The notes under the pieces: generated by a model
What the model was told of the DNA's origin: nothing
The model's input: the letters and a program-made list of their open reading frames with translations, nothing else
Database searches by the model: none
Program-made: the position numbers and the translations under genes
Shown: one piece after another, positions 22,836-33,046 of the stretch
How positions within the stretch are numbered: the first letter of the stretch is position 1
Layout of the letters: each line of letters opens with the position of its first letter
NCBI RefSeq assembly: GCF_006345805.1
Contig: NW_021834974.1
Coordinates: forward strand, 1-43,576
Direction: 5' to 3'
DNA: 43,576 nucleotides
Source of the DNA: Octopus sinensis
Taxonomy: Eukaryota

Positions 22836-24732
22836 CTTTTTTTTTCTTCTTTCAAATCTGCTTCCATTTCTTGCCGAGTGTCTTCCCGACTCCTAGGGCA
22901 AAAAAACTCATTGGTAGGCCATTAAACCAAACTCAATAGTTCGTTCATTTTTTTTTTTTTTTTTAAAGTTAAATTAAAATACATGAGCAGCAACAGTTCT
23001 CACATCGACAATGCTCTTCTCAATATGTGTGATGTACCAGTTAAGACAATCTTTTGCACTTCTTGCAGGGATGGTAAGCCAGGGATCATTCTCATATAAT
23101 TTTCTGTTCCCTTCTTGATCATTCCTAGTGCTCCTACGATCACTGGTATTGTAACCGCCTTGAGATGCCACATTTTCTCAATTTCAATGAGTAGGTCTTT
23201 ATATTTTCTGAGCTTGTCAAACTCTTTCGCTGAGATATTATGATCACAGGGAATACTCATGTCGATCAATAAGCAAACTTTATTGTTTTGGTCTTTCACA
23301 ACAATATCTGGTTTATTGGCCTTGATGGTTCGGTCTGTATGTACTGGAAAGTCCCACAGAATGGTTACATTTTCTCCTTCAGTTACAGCCTCAGGGTGGT
23401 GATTATACCACTTGTCGGCAGTTTTGATATTGTAATGCCGACTTATTAGCCAGTGGAGATATTGGCCAACTCTGTCATGTCTTAATTTATACTTCACTGG
23501 TGCCAAGACTTTACATCCAGAGATTAGGTGGTCCACTGTTTCAATCATGTCGTTGCAGAATCGGCATTTTGGGTCTGCTCCATTTTTCATCACATTGGCC
23601 TGGTAGTTCCGGGTTAATAGGCTTTGATCTTGAGCAGCCAGGATGAAACCTTCGCTCTCTGCTTTTAGCCCTGAGCTCCGTAGCCACTGATGGGTTTGCT
23701 TCTGGTCAACATTAGCTTGTTTGCTGCGGGTCACATATTTGCCGTGCAGAGGTTTCTCCTCCCACCTAACAGCCAATTGCTCGTGCGCTTTATTCGTTGC
23801 CATCATTTTCACCTTCTTTGCAACAATAGTTGCCGTACTTCCCTCGGGTTGTTCAGTTTGGGTATCCTGCACGAGATCAATAGCAAATTCTTTGCTTTCC
23901 TTTATGATAGAATGAAGCTTCTTTCGTCTCTCGTGATTATCCACGAGCTTTAGCATCCAGTCATTCGATATTTCGAGATATTTGGCCAGTCCAATTGTGG
24001 TTGTTTTGTAAGCTAGTTCAAATTGGATCAGGCCTCGACCTCCTTGGGCTCTGGGAAGGTAAAGGCGATCTACGTCTGCCTTTGGGTGGTGCATCCTATT
24101 ACAACTCAGCAGCTTGCGTACTTTCCTATCTATATTCTTTACTTCACTCATATTCCAGTTCAACACATTGTAGCTATAAGTAACAACTGGAACTGCTAAG
24201 GAATTTATAGCTAACACCTTGTTACGTGCATTTAGTTCAGATTTCAGGACTGCACGAACTCTCCTATAACATTCCTTCCTGATCTTCTCTTTCATGCTTG
24301 CATGCTGAATACCAGAGCCTTCATTTATCCCTAAATATTTGTATGTTTGTTTTTGCTCAAGCTCTCTTATGACTGTGTCAACATCTAACACGATTGAATT
24401 TGTGGTCTTCACTTTCCCTTTCTGGAAAGTGGCCTTGGCACACTTCTCAAGTCCAAACTCCATCCCGATGTCATCGCTGAATGCTTTCACGGTGCGCAAT
24501 AGGCCTTCAAGTTCATTATTGTCTTTACCATAAAGTTTTAAGTCATCCATATAAAATAGATGGCTTATTTTTTTATTGGCAATTTTATACCCATACCCTG
24601 TTCTGTTTAATTCACTTGTAAGGGGTATTAGGGCTATGCAGAATATTAAAGGTGAAAGTGAGTCACCTTGAAAAATTCCACAGTTGATGTTTATATTTTC
24701 TGAGGCAAGTACTCCATTAGAGTGGTATAATT
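22836..24732 (-). mobile_element. R4/Dong-clade non-LTR retrotransposon, 5'-truncated, (TAA)n tail
   Basis: RT-CCHC-RLE coding region, ~165-nt 3' UTR, then (TAA)n. Confidence 0.95.
23000..24730 (-). CDS. RT (motif B onward) - CCHC - restriction-like endonuclease; open frame lacking the N-terminus
   Basis: The frame extends 60 codons upstream of the track ORF: GIFQGDSLSP..ISHLFYMDDLKLY. Then YKYLG, CRFC..ETVDHLISGC, RHD, KPDIVV..IDMSIP..K..KY. No stops. Confidence 0.93.
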   Translation of the reverse strand, partial: LYHSNGVLASENININCGIFQGDSLSPLIFCIALIPLTSELNRTGYGYKIANKKISHLFYMDDLKLYGKDNNELEGLLRTVKAFSDDIGMEFGLEKCAKATFQKGKVKTTNSIVLDVDTVIRELEQKQTYKYLGINEGSGIQHASMKEKIRKECYRRVRAVLKSELNARNKVLAINSLAVPVVTYSYNVLNWNMSEVKNIDRKVRKLLSCNRMHHPKADVDRLYLPRAQGGRGLIQFELAYKTTTIGLAKYLEISNDWMLKLVDNHERRKKLHSIIKESKEFAIDLVQDTQTEQPEGSTATIVAKKVKMMATNKAHEQLAVRWEEKPLHGKYVTRSKQANVDQKQTHQWLRSSGLKAESEGFILAAQDQSLLTRNYQANVMKNGADPKCRFCNDMIETVDHLISGCKVLAPVKYKLRHDRVGQYLHWLISRHYNIKTADKWYNHHPEAVTEGENVTILWDFPVHTDRTIKANKPDIVVKDQNNKVCLLIDMSIPCDHNISAKEFDKLRKYKDLLIEIEKMWHLKAVTIPVIVGALGMIKKGTENYMRMIPGLPSLQEVQKIVLTGTSHILRRALSM

Positions 24733-24868
24733 GGGGGGAGCTAGTCGATTATATCGACCCCAGTGTGTAACTGGTACTTAATTTATCGACCCCGAAAGGA
24801 TGAAAGGCAAAGTCGACCTCGACGGAATTTGAACTCAGAACGTAAAGGCAAATGAAATGCTGCTAAGT
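24733..24868 (-). mobile_element. SINE family B internal fragment abutting the Dong 5' end
   Basis: Reverse complement of ~24959-25090. Confidence 0.9.
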
Positions 24869-24918
24869 AGAAATAAAAATAAAAATAATAATAATAATTA
24901 TTATTATTATTATTATTA

Positions 24919-25131
24919 GGCGGCGAGCTGGCAGAATCGTTAGCACGCCGAGAGAAATGCTTAGCAGCATTTCATGTCTTTACGTTCTGAGTTCAAATTT
25001 CGTCGAGGTCGACTTTGCCTTTCATCCTTTCGGGGTTGATAAATTAAGTACCAGTTACACACTGGGGTCGATGTAATCGACTAGCTCCCTCTCTCAAAAT
25101 TTCAGGCCCTGTGCCTAAAGTAGAAAGGATT
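24919..25131 (+). mobile_element. tRNA-derived SINE family B, full length
   Basis: ggcggcgagcTGGCAGAATCGttagc..gaGTTCAAATTt, central gcctttcatcctttcggggt.gataaa..agtacc (Nin/Deu-like domain). Confidence 0.92.
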
Positions 25132-25147
25132 CTTTTATTATTATGTT

Positions 25148-26097
25148 TGAATGAAAGCAGTGCATGCCATCAAAGCGACACTGGAGTAAAATATACGAAG
25201 CCCAGTATACCCATCATGACTACCCGTCAGATAAGGGTACATGACGCACATGCATCACAACCATATGTGCACGACATGGTGATCTCATATCAAGATAAAC
25301 AGCGTATGACCTTGCAGGTGGGGCCCTGTTAGTATTTTCTTCATTTCGAGTAGCCCATCCCTTTCAAAAGGTCCCTGAGTAAGGGTTGTTTAAGGATGTT
25401 GAACGAAACACCTATGTTTCAGAGGTGAATTATTTATATCCCAAAGAATCCCTCTCAACCCTTGGCTATGATTCTCCTCCACTACTTTTGCTCGTGATTA
25501 GAGATGCACGTATCGTCAGCCACTAAGGGACATAATCAACTGGTTAAGGTCAAACAACTGACAAGTAAATCTGTGGTATTGAGCAGAATATTTGCTGTAG
25601 CTCATCTTTTATACCAAGACAGAATAATGTACATGATAACACTGCCAATCAGTTAAGATCAGAAGCCAAGAGATGCAATGCCTGGTATTACATCAGGGCC
25701 TTCAGAGATGCACATATCGTCAGCCATCAAGGGACATGCTCACTTGGTTAAGGTCAAACAACCAGCAAGCAAATCTGTGGTATTGAGCAGAATATTTGCA
25801 GCGATGCATATATCGTCAGCCACTAATAAAGGACATGCTCAACTGGTTAAGGTCAAACAACTGACAAGTAAATCTGTGGTATTAAGCAGAATATTTGCTG
25901 TGGCCCATCTTTTATACCAAGACAAAACGATGTACATGATAACACTTCAATCAGTTAAGATTAAGCAAATCTGTGGTATTGAGCAGAATATTTGCTGTGG
26001 CCCATCTTTTATACCAAGACAAAACAATGTACATGATAACACTTCCAATCAGTTAAGAAGCCACGAGAGCCACTGCCTGGTACTGCATCAGGGCATT
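25148..26097 (-). mobile_element. Family C retroposon with three appended partial duplications
   Basis: Full unit to ~25698, then restarts at ~25701, ~25801 and ~25963. Confidence 0.9.
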
Positions 26098-26099
26098 AA

Positions 26100-26177
<78 letters not shown>

Positions 26178-26354
26178 CATTGTTCTTGTTGTTATTGTTA
26201 AGCCTTTGTATGCTATGCCTGTGTCCCTTCTTTTTCTGTGTATATCGGGTGTACTTGTCCATTTTTTTAATATCATTTCATTACAAACCACCAAGCTTTA
26301 TATCGGTATTTGTATTGTTCCTCTCATCCTTCGCCCTTGTGGCAAATAAATGAA

Positions 26355-26404
<50 letters not shown>

Positions 26405-26424
26405 CATTATTATTATTATTATTA

Positions 26425-26471
<47 letters not shown>

Positions 26472-26472
<1 letters not shown>

Positions 26473-27237
26473 GAGTGAGCGAGCAGAGCATGCCATCAAA
26501 GTGACACTGGGGTAAAATATACGAAGCCCAGTATACCCATCATGACTACCCGTCTGATAAGGGTACACCAGGCACATGCATCACAACCATATGTGCGCGA
26601 CATGGTGATCTCATATCAAGATAAACAGCACATGACCTTGCAGGTGGAGCCCAGTTAGAATTTTCTTCAGATCGAGTAACCCATCCCGCTCAAAAGGTCC
26701 TGAATAAGGGTTGTTTAAGGACGTTGAACGAAACACCCATGTTTCCAGAGGTGAATTATTCAAACCCCAAAGAATCCTTCTCAACACATGGCTATGATGC
26801 TCCCCCACTACTTCTGCTCGTGATCAGAGATGCACATATCGTCAGCCACTAAGGGACATGATCAACTGGTCAAGGTCAAACAACTGACAAGCAAATCTGT
26901 GGTATTGAGCAGAATATTTGCTGTAGCCCATCTTTTATACCAAGACAAAACAATGTACATGATAACACTTCCAATCAGTTAAGATCAGAAGCCATGAGAG
27001 CCACTGCCTGGTACTGCATCAGGGCATTGATGCTCCCCCACTACTTCTGCTCGTGATCAGAGATGCACATATCGTCAGCCACTAAGGGACATGCTCAACT
27101 GGTTAAGGTCAAACAACTGACAAGCAAATCTGTGGTATTGAGCAGAATATTTGCTGTAGCCCATCTTTTATACCAAGACAAAACAATGTACATGATAACA
27201 CTTCCAATCAGTTAAGATCAGAAGCCATGAGAGCCAC

Positions 27238-27238
<1 letters not shown>
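26472..27238 (-). mobile_element. Family C retroposon plus ~210-bp tandem partial copy
   Basis: The unit ends catcagggcatt at 27028 and restarts internally at gatgctcccccacta. Flanked by (ATT)n. Confidence 0.92.
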
Positions 27239-27286
<48 letters not shown>

Positions 27287-27354
27287 CATTATTAATATTA
27301 TTATTATTATTATTATCATTATATTATCATTATCATTATTATTATTATTATCAA

Positions 27355-27387
<33 letters not shown>

Positions 27388-27414
27388 TTATTATTATATT
27401 ATTATTTCCCCAAG

Positions 27415-27457
27415 ACACCTGATGAAGGCTGGCGTGTATATCAGCCGAAATGTGTGT
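27415..27457 (+). ncRNA. Minimal type I hammerhead, damaged near the cleavage site (pLTR stub 27404-27470)
   Basis: acac-CTGATGA-a-ggctgg..tcagcc-GAAA-tgt-gtgt. A related, more decayed copy lies on the minus strand at ~22676-22760. Confidence 0.7.
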
Positions 27458-27486
27458 TAACAAACAAGATCTTAAATTATATAATT

Positions 27487-27544
<58 letters not shown>

Positions 27545-27549
<5 letters not shown>

Positions 27550-27656
27550 ACGGGCTTCTTTCAGTTCTCGTCTTCCAAATCCACTCACAAGGCTTTATTC
27601 GGCCTGAGGCTATAGTCGGAGACACTTGCCCAAGGTGCCATGCAGTGTGGAACTGA
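27545..27656 (-). mobile_element. SINE family A fragment
   Basis: gggcttctttcagtt..ccactcacaaggcttt..gacacttgcccaaggtgcca. Confidence 0.85.
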
Positions 27657-27727
27657 AGTGAGTTAGTTGGATGACTTTTTCAAAAATATCTTAGATTATC
27701 CAGATGGTCACCTTGGTCATAAACCTC

Positions 27728-28400
27728 ACCCCACCAAAAATTCCAAGTACTTCCATTATTGTTGATATAAATGTTAATTTATAATTTGGATACTGCAGCT
27801 GGAATTTTTGAAGATGTTTTACGTAATTATTCTCTTCCTTCTAAATTCCAAAAGATATTCACATCGCAAGGCAGCTGACATCATCCATCACGCTGCATAC
27901 ATTTTCTTGTCGACCAGACGACAATATCTGGCCCGTTATGTTTAACATAACAGAAGTGTTGATGGGAATATTCTACCACTATATTTTATGCTGGTGTTTG
28001 TATATATATTCAACTAGCAGTATCGCCCGGCGTTGCTCGGGTTTGTAAGGGAAATAACTATATAAGCATTTTTAGAGAGTTACTTCCCTTATATAAACCG
28101 AGCAAAAATCATAAAAAATGCGGAAAAATGATGGTAATTTTTTTAAATCGTAGACTCATCGTAGACGCGCGCTAACACCCAGAAGGGCTCGATATGAATC
28201 ACGACTATAAGATACCCGGTTTTGGTTAAACTGCACCGCAAAATGTGGGAGTAGTTAGGAATCTATATCGGAGTAGACAGACACACACACAACTTCAGTT
28301 TTATATATAAAGATAACTAAGAGGTTTATTTATACAAGGACAGTCTTGGTTTTCCCTGCTTAAACGTGGATGTTCTGTTAGGACAAAATATTCTGCGGTA
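27728..28400 (-). pseudogene. Old R4/Dong-type RLE domain fragment (different family), interrupted by a Helitron
   Basis: EYIYKHQHKI*W*NIPINTS..KHNGPDIVVW..DVSC..CDVNI..ENNY..FQLQYPNYKLTFI..LG, with frameshifts. Extent right of the Helitron is uncertain. Confidence 0.65.
28014..28313 (-). mobile_element. Non-autonomous Helitron, 300 bp, complete
   Basis: Minus strand A|TCtttatatataaa...cccgagcaacgccggg hairpin..ctgCTAG|T: 5'-TC, 3' hairpin plus CTAG, inserted between A and T, no TSD. Confidence 0.92.
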
Positions 28401-28523
28401 GTTACAATGAGAGAAACTCTCATATTGGCTTTTGGGGGAAACCTGAGAGCGTCTTTCATGTTAACTGCTGCGGTATAGTTTGTTGTAACGGAACTTTCAT
28501 CTTTAAGTGGGGATAAATATTAC

Positions 28524-28750
28524 TGTGGCAAGTAGCTTGCTTACCAACCACGTGGTTCCGGGTTCAGTCCCACTGCGTGGCACCTTGGGCAAGTGCCTTT
28601 TACTATAGCCTCGGGCTGACCAAAGCCTTTTGAGTGGATTTGGTAGACGGAAACTGAAAGAAGACTGTCGTATATATGTATATATATATATATACACATA
28701 CACATACACACACACATATACATACACACACACACACCACACACACACAT

Positions 28751-28800
<50 letters not shown>

Positions 28801-29020
28801 TTATGTGTGTATGTATGTTTGTGTGTCTGTGTTTGTCCCTCCAACATCGCTTGACAACTGATGGTGGTGTGTTTACGTCCCCGTGACTTAGCGATTCGGC
28901 AGAAGACACCGACAAAATAAATACTAGGCTTCCAAAGAATAAGTCCTGGGGTCGATTTACTCGACTAAAGGCGGTGCTTCTGCATGGCTGCAGTCAAATG
29001 ACTGAAACAAGTAAAAGAGT
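28524..29020 (+). mobile_element. SINE family A, near full length
   Basis: GGTTCAGTCCC B box, expanded internal microsatellite, family 3' half. Confidence 0.92.
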
Positions 29021-29109
29021 TGTAAAACTATTTCTATCCGTCTTGTATTTGAATGGCATTGTATAGTATTATATCGACAAAACTGTATCGTACTTTTGGG
29101 CAGCCACGT

Positions 29110-29250
29110 ATGCGATGTCTTCCACATAAACATAACATAAAGAACATTTTCAACTGCATCTTGGAATTCCAACGGCTTCGCTGTCTCTTTTGTTGATTTG
29201 CTATTTCGTAACAATCTGATGTTCTTGGATTGCAAATGAATATCTTGCTA
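29110..29250 (-). pseudogene. Possible Tigger/pogo CENP-B HTH remnant
   Basis: KNIRLLRNSKSTKETAKPLEFQDAVENVLYVMFM loosely resembles the 'xxEDVExALYxWF' segment. Confidence 0.3.
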
Positions 29251-29309
29251 AATGTGATGTATCGGTCACGAGTACAACAGATGCTGCTTGTCATGTCGAC
29301 ATTGCTGGA

Positions 29310-29503
29310 ACTTATCAGATTCGTTTTGTCTGCCCGACAAAACGCTTAGAGGCTTTTTGCCTGTCATTACATCCTGAGTTCAAATTCCACCAAAGTCGAC
29401 TTAGCTCTCCATTCTTTCGTGATCGATGAGATAGAGTGCCACTCAATGTAATAGACTGCGTCTCCCTCCATTACACTTTTCAGGCCTTGTGTCTATAGAA
29501 AAG
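29310..29503 (+). mobile_element. SINE family B, degraded
   Basis: ctgagttcaaattccaccaaagtcgactt..ttttcaggccttgtgtctatagaaaag. Confidence 0.75.
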
Positions 29504-29519
29504 ATATGACTGGAGCTAG

Positions 29520-29693
29520 TTGCGGTGGTAATTATATTAGTGATGGTAGTAGTGATGGTGGTGATGGTAGTGGTAGTAACGACGACTATGATGATGATGA
29601 CAGTGGTGGTGGTGGTGATGGTACTGACGCTATCATTGATGATGGTAGTGATAATGATGATAATGATGGTGATGGTACCGGCGATGATAACGG

Positions 29694-29728
<35 letters not shown>

Positions 29729-29762
29729 CTGTTGCTGTTGCTGCTGCTGACGTTGATGATGT

Positions 29763-29818
<56 letters not shown>

Positions 29819-30185
29819 GTGATGATGGTGGTGGTGTTGGTGGATGCTAGTGGTGGTGGCGGTGGTTGTAATAATGATGATCATGATGATGATGATGATG
29901 CTTGTGCTGGTTTTATAATGGTGATGACGACGATGACGGCGCCGATGATGACGAGGGCAGCGAGTGACAGAAACGCTTCACTATTTTTCTGACGATGGCA
30001 ATTTTGTAGTGGGAGGAGATGGAGAAGATGATGACAACGATGATGATGATGATGACGACGAAGGAGACTTCCATGACGGCCACGATGATAAAGACGGTGC
30101 TGGAGATAGCAACACTACCAGCAGTGGTGGTGAGGCTGCTGGAGATGAGGATGCTATCGCTGATGATGGTAGCGATAATAACAAG
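29520..30185. repeat. (GAT/GGT)n low-complexity tract
   Basis: Seen directly. Confidence 0.93.
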
Positions 30186-30415
30186 CACAGAGGCTGCTTC
30201 GGTGATAGTGTTTGCCTTTGTCCTTTCTTCCGTGTGAAAACTGAATGGTATTAATAAGTTTCCGATGTCAGAAGAACTGCCGATCAGATTCGGATTTTTT
30301 TTCCTTCTTGCTTTTAGATTATTATGTTTTTTTTAAAGTTTTTTTTTGTTTTTCCATTGTTGTTTTTATATTCTTACGTTGTGTTGTGTGATGGCGGCCG
30401 TTGTTCCAATCACGG

Positions 30416-30493
30416 TTTTTCTGTGCGTAGATGTGTCGATATATATATATATGTATAATATTATATATATCGACACATCTACGCACAGAAAAA
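30416..30493. repeat. Perfect short foldback centred on a TA microsatellite
   Basis: tttttctgtgcgtagatgtgtcgatatatata / tatatatatcgacacatctacgcacagaaaaa. Confidence 0.95.
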
Positions 30494-30583
30494 TATATAT
30501 ATATATATAATATATATATATATATTATATATTATATATATTATATATATATGGGCTAGGTATATGAGTCTGTGTGTTGTATG

Positions 30584-30618
<35 letters not shown>

Positions 30619-30800
30619 ATATGCTTATAGTTTATGTGTACGTAGACACACACACACATATATGTACGAAAGCATATATAAGGTATACATATATACACAC
30701 ATACATACCTATATATATATATATATATATATAAAATGGAATACGCCAATGTGTGTATATAAAACGTGTGTATATAAAACTTATATCTGCACATATCTAT

Positions 30801-30847
<47 letters not shown>

Positions 30848-30895
30848 GTAAATCTATACACACATACACACGCACATATATGTATGCCTATGGAA

Positions 30896-30930
<35 letters not shown>

Positions 30931-31024
30931 TATGTATATATATATGTATATGTATATATATATGTATATGTATATATATATATGTGTATATATATATATG
31001 TATATATATATGTATATATATATT

Positions 31025-31060
<36 letters not shown>

Positions 31061-31385
31061 CATCCACACACTTGGAGAGAGAGGGAGAGAGAGAAAAGGA
31101 GAGGGACACATCAGGCAGGAAGACAGACAGATATAATTGTATCGCAAACGCACGAAAGAAGTGATATTCACAGATAAACTACAACGCACTCACCACCCAC
31201 ACCTATACACACCTATACACACAGTCTCTCCCGCTTTCCCCCTCCCTCCTTCTCTCTTTTTTGTCCTTATGAGGAACACCTTTCTCTTTTGGTGGGGTAA
31301 CATACACAGTCATTCCATTTCACCATAATTCTTAAGGGGTTCTTGTCACGTGCTCGCACGTGTACTACTTCGTATGTACTTTACC

Positions 31386-31418
<33 letters not shown>

Positions 31419-31662
31419 TGCGTCTGTGCATGTGTGAGTATGTGTGTATGTGTGTGTGTGTGTGTTTGTGTTCGTTGAATATGCGTACGCGTGTCTTTGT
31501 GAGTGTTCCTCGAAATCTCTCGCTCTTTCTCTCTTTCTCTCTCATTTTTGCTGCAGATTTTATATCCCTTTTCCGTTCTTCTTTCGACTAATCTATTTTC
31601 TTTTCTTCCGCATTATCCAGTCACTCGTGAATATATATACATATACATATTTTACATATTAT

Positions 31663-31702
<40 letters not shown>

Positions 31703-31713
31703 GTAATATATAT

Positions 31714-31779
<66 letters not shown>

Positions 31780-31849
31780 TTTGTTTTTAAGTTTCAGCTC
31801 AGAGCTGCGGCCATGCTGATGCACCGCCGTTTAATATATATACACACAC

Positions 31850-31911
<62 letters not shown>

Positions 31912-32049
31912 AATATATATATATATATATTGCATATATATATGCATTATATATATATATATATATATATAGGTAAACAGTAAAATTAATTACAGACATG
32001 GACAAGAACATGAAACACCACAGAGACGACACAAGAACCACAGGACGGG

Positions 32050-32196
32050 ACATTCGAAGCCCTCAGTCATCAGTCAAGAACCAGATCATCTTAGCAATTT
32101 CGGCTGATTAATCTTGAGATTGCTCCGATATGGCCAGCCCGCCAAGGGAAATCTAAGCCAAGCGCATTAGATCCCCTGGAAGAAAGCTTCGAATGT
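32050..32196 (-). ncRNA. Candidate non-circularly permuted hammerhead ribozyme, copy 1
   Basis: Minus-strand order agcaATC^tcaaga ... tcagccGAAAttgct ... tcttgaCTGATGActga, enclosed by a 15-bp outer helix. Confidence 0.72.
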
Positions 32197-32834
32197 ATAC
32201 AACGAAAGGACGGAAAACGATCGAAGTACACAAACAAAAATACAGAATACGTGACACCAATAAGAATACAAAAACGTAAAAAACAATAACGGTAAAAATA
32301 AAAAATAAACAACAAAACAAAACCAGGACGTAGGACAAGGGTCTTTCGACAGGACGATTTGAGTATGGGGCTGGCTTGTGAAGTTGTGCCTAAAGGCCAC
32401 GGGGAGACGAACAAATACGTGTTGCTTCTGAGGCTGCTGAAAACGAAAAAGAGCGCTCAACAGCGGCTAGCTGTCACGTGAGAGAACAAAAGACAGGAGA
32501 AAGGGACAGATGAAAAGAGAGAGAAGGTGGACGAGGGAGGAGAAGAAAGAGACAGATCGAGGGGGCTGGAGGTGAGAGAGATAGAGAAACGTAGAAAGGG
32601 GGGGGACGGATGGAGAGGGAAAGAAAGGAAGTGGAATAAGGGAGGAGAGAGAGAGAGAGAAAAAGAGACAGATTAAGAGTCGTATCAAAGCTTGAGAAAA
32701 AAAATATACTTATCGTATAAGGACAATTGTGGATACGTAGCCGCCGATTATATAGGTAAACAGTAAAATAATTACAGACATGGACAAGAACATGAAAACA
32801 CCACAGAGGGACGACACAAGAACCACAGGACGGG

Positions 32835-32981
32835 ACATTCGAAGCCCTCAGTCATCAGTCAAGAACCAGATCATCTTAGCAATTTCGGCTGATTAATCTT
32901 GAGATTGCTCCGATATGGCCAGCCCGCCAAGGGAAATCTAAGCCAAGCGCATTAGATCCCCTGGAAGAAAGCTTCGAATGT
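32835..32981 (-). ncRNA. Candidate permuted hammerhead, copy 2
   Basis: Identical to copy 1 by eye. Confidence 0.72.
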
Positions 32982-33046
32982 ATACAACGAAAGGACGGAA
33001 AACGATCGAAGTACACAAACAAAAATACAGAATATATATATATATA

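Larger units (their letters stand above)
31971..33034 (-). mobile_element. Non-autonomous Penelope/retrozyme-like element with ~280-bp near-identical direct repeats (31971-32249, 32754-33034)
   Basis: The repeats differ by a few small indels. ~500-bp internal part with no RT; flanked by (TA)n; each repeat carries a rearranged HHR. Confidence 0.8.

Noticed and set aside
25500-26097. CRISPR-like or regular tandem array
   Set aside because: Irregular partial duplications of one retroposon, no unique spacers, eukaryotic context.
25678-26349. 223-aa ORF
   Set aside because: Chance read-through of family C duplications and (ATT)n.
31345-31362. Paired CACGTG E-boxes as a promoter/enhancer
   Set aside because: Short motifs in CA/GT-rich sequence with no supporting TSS evidence.
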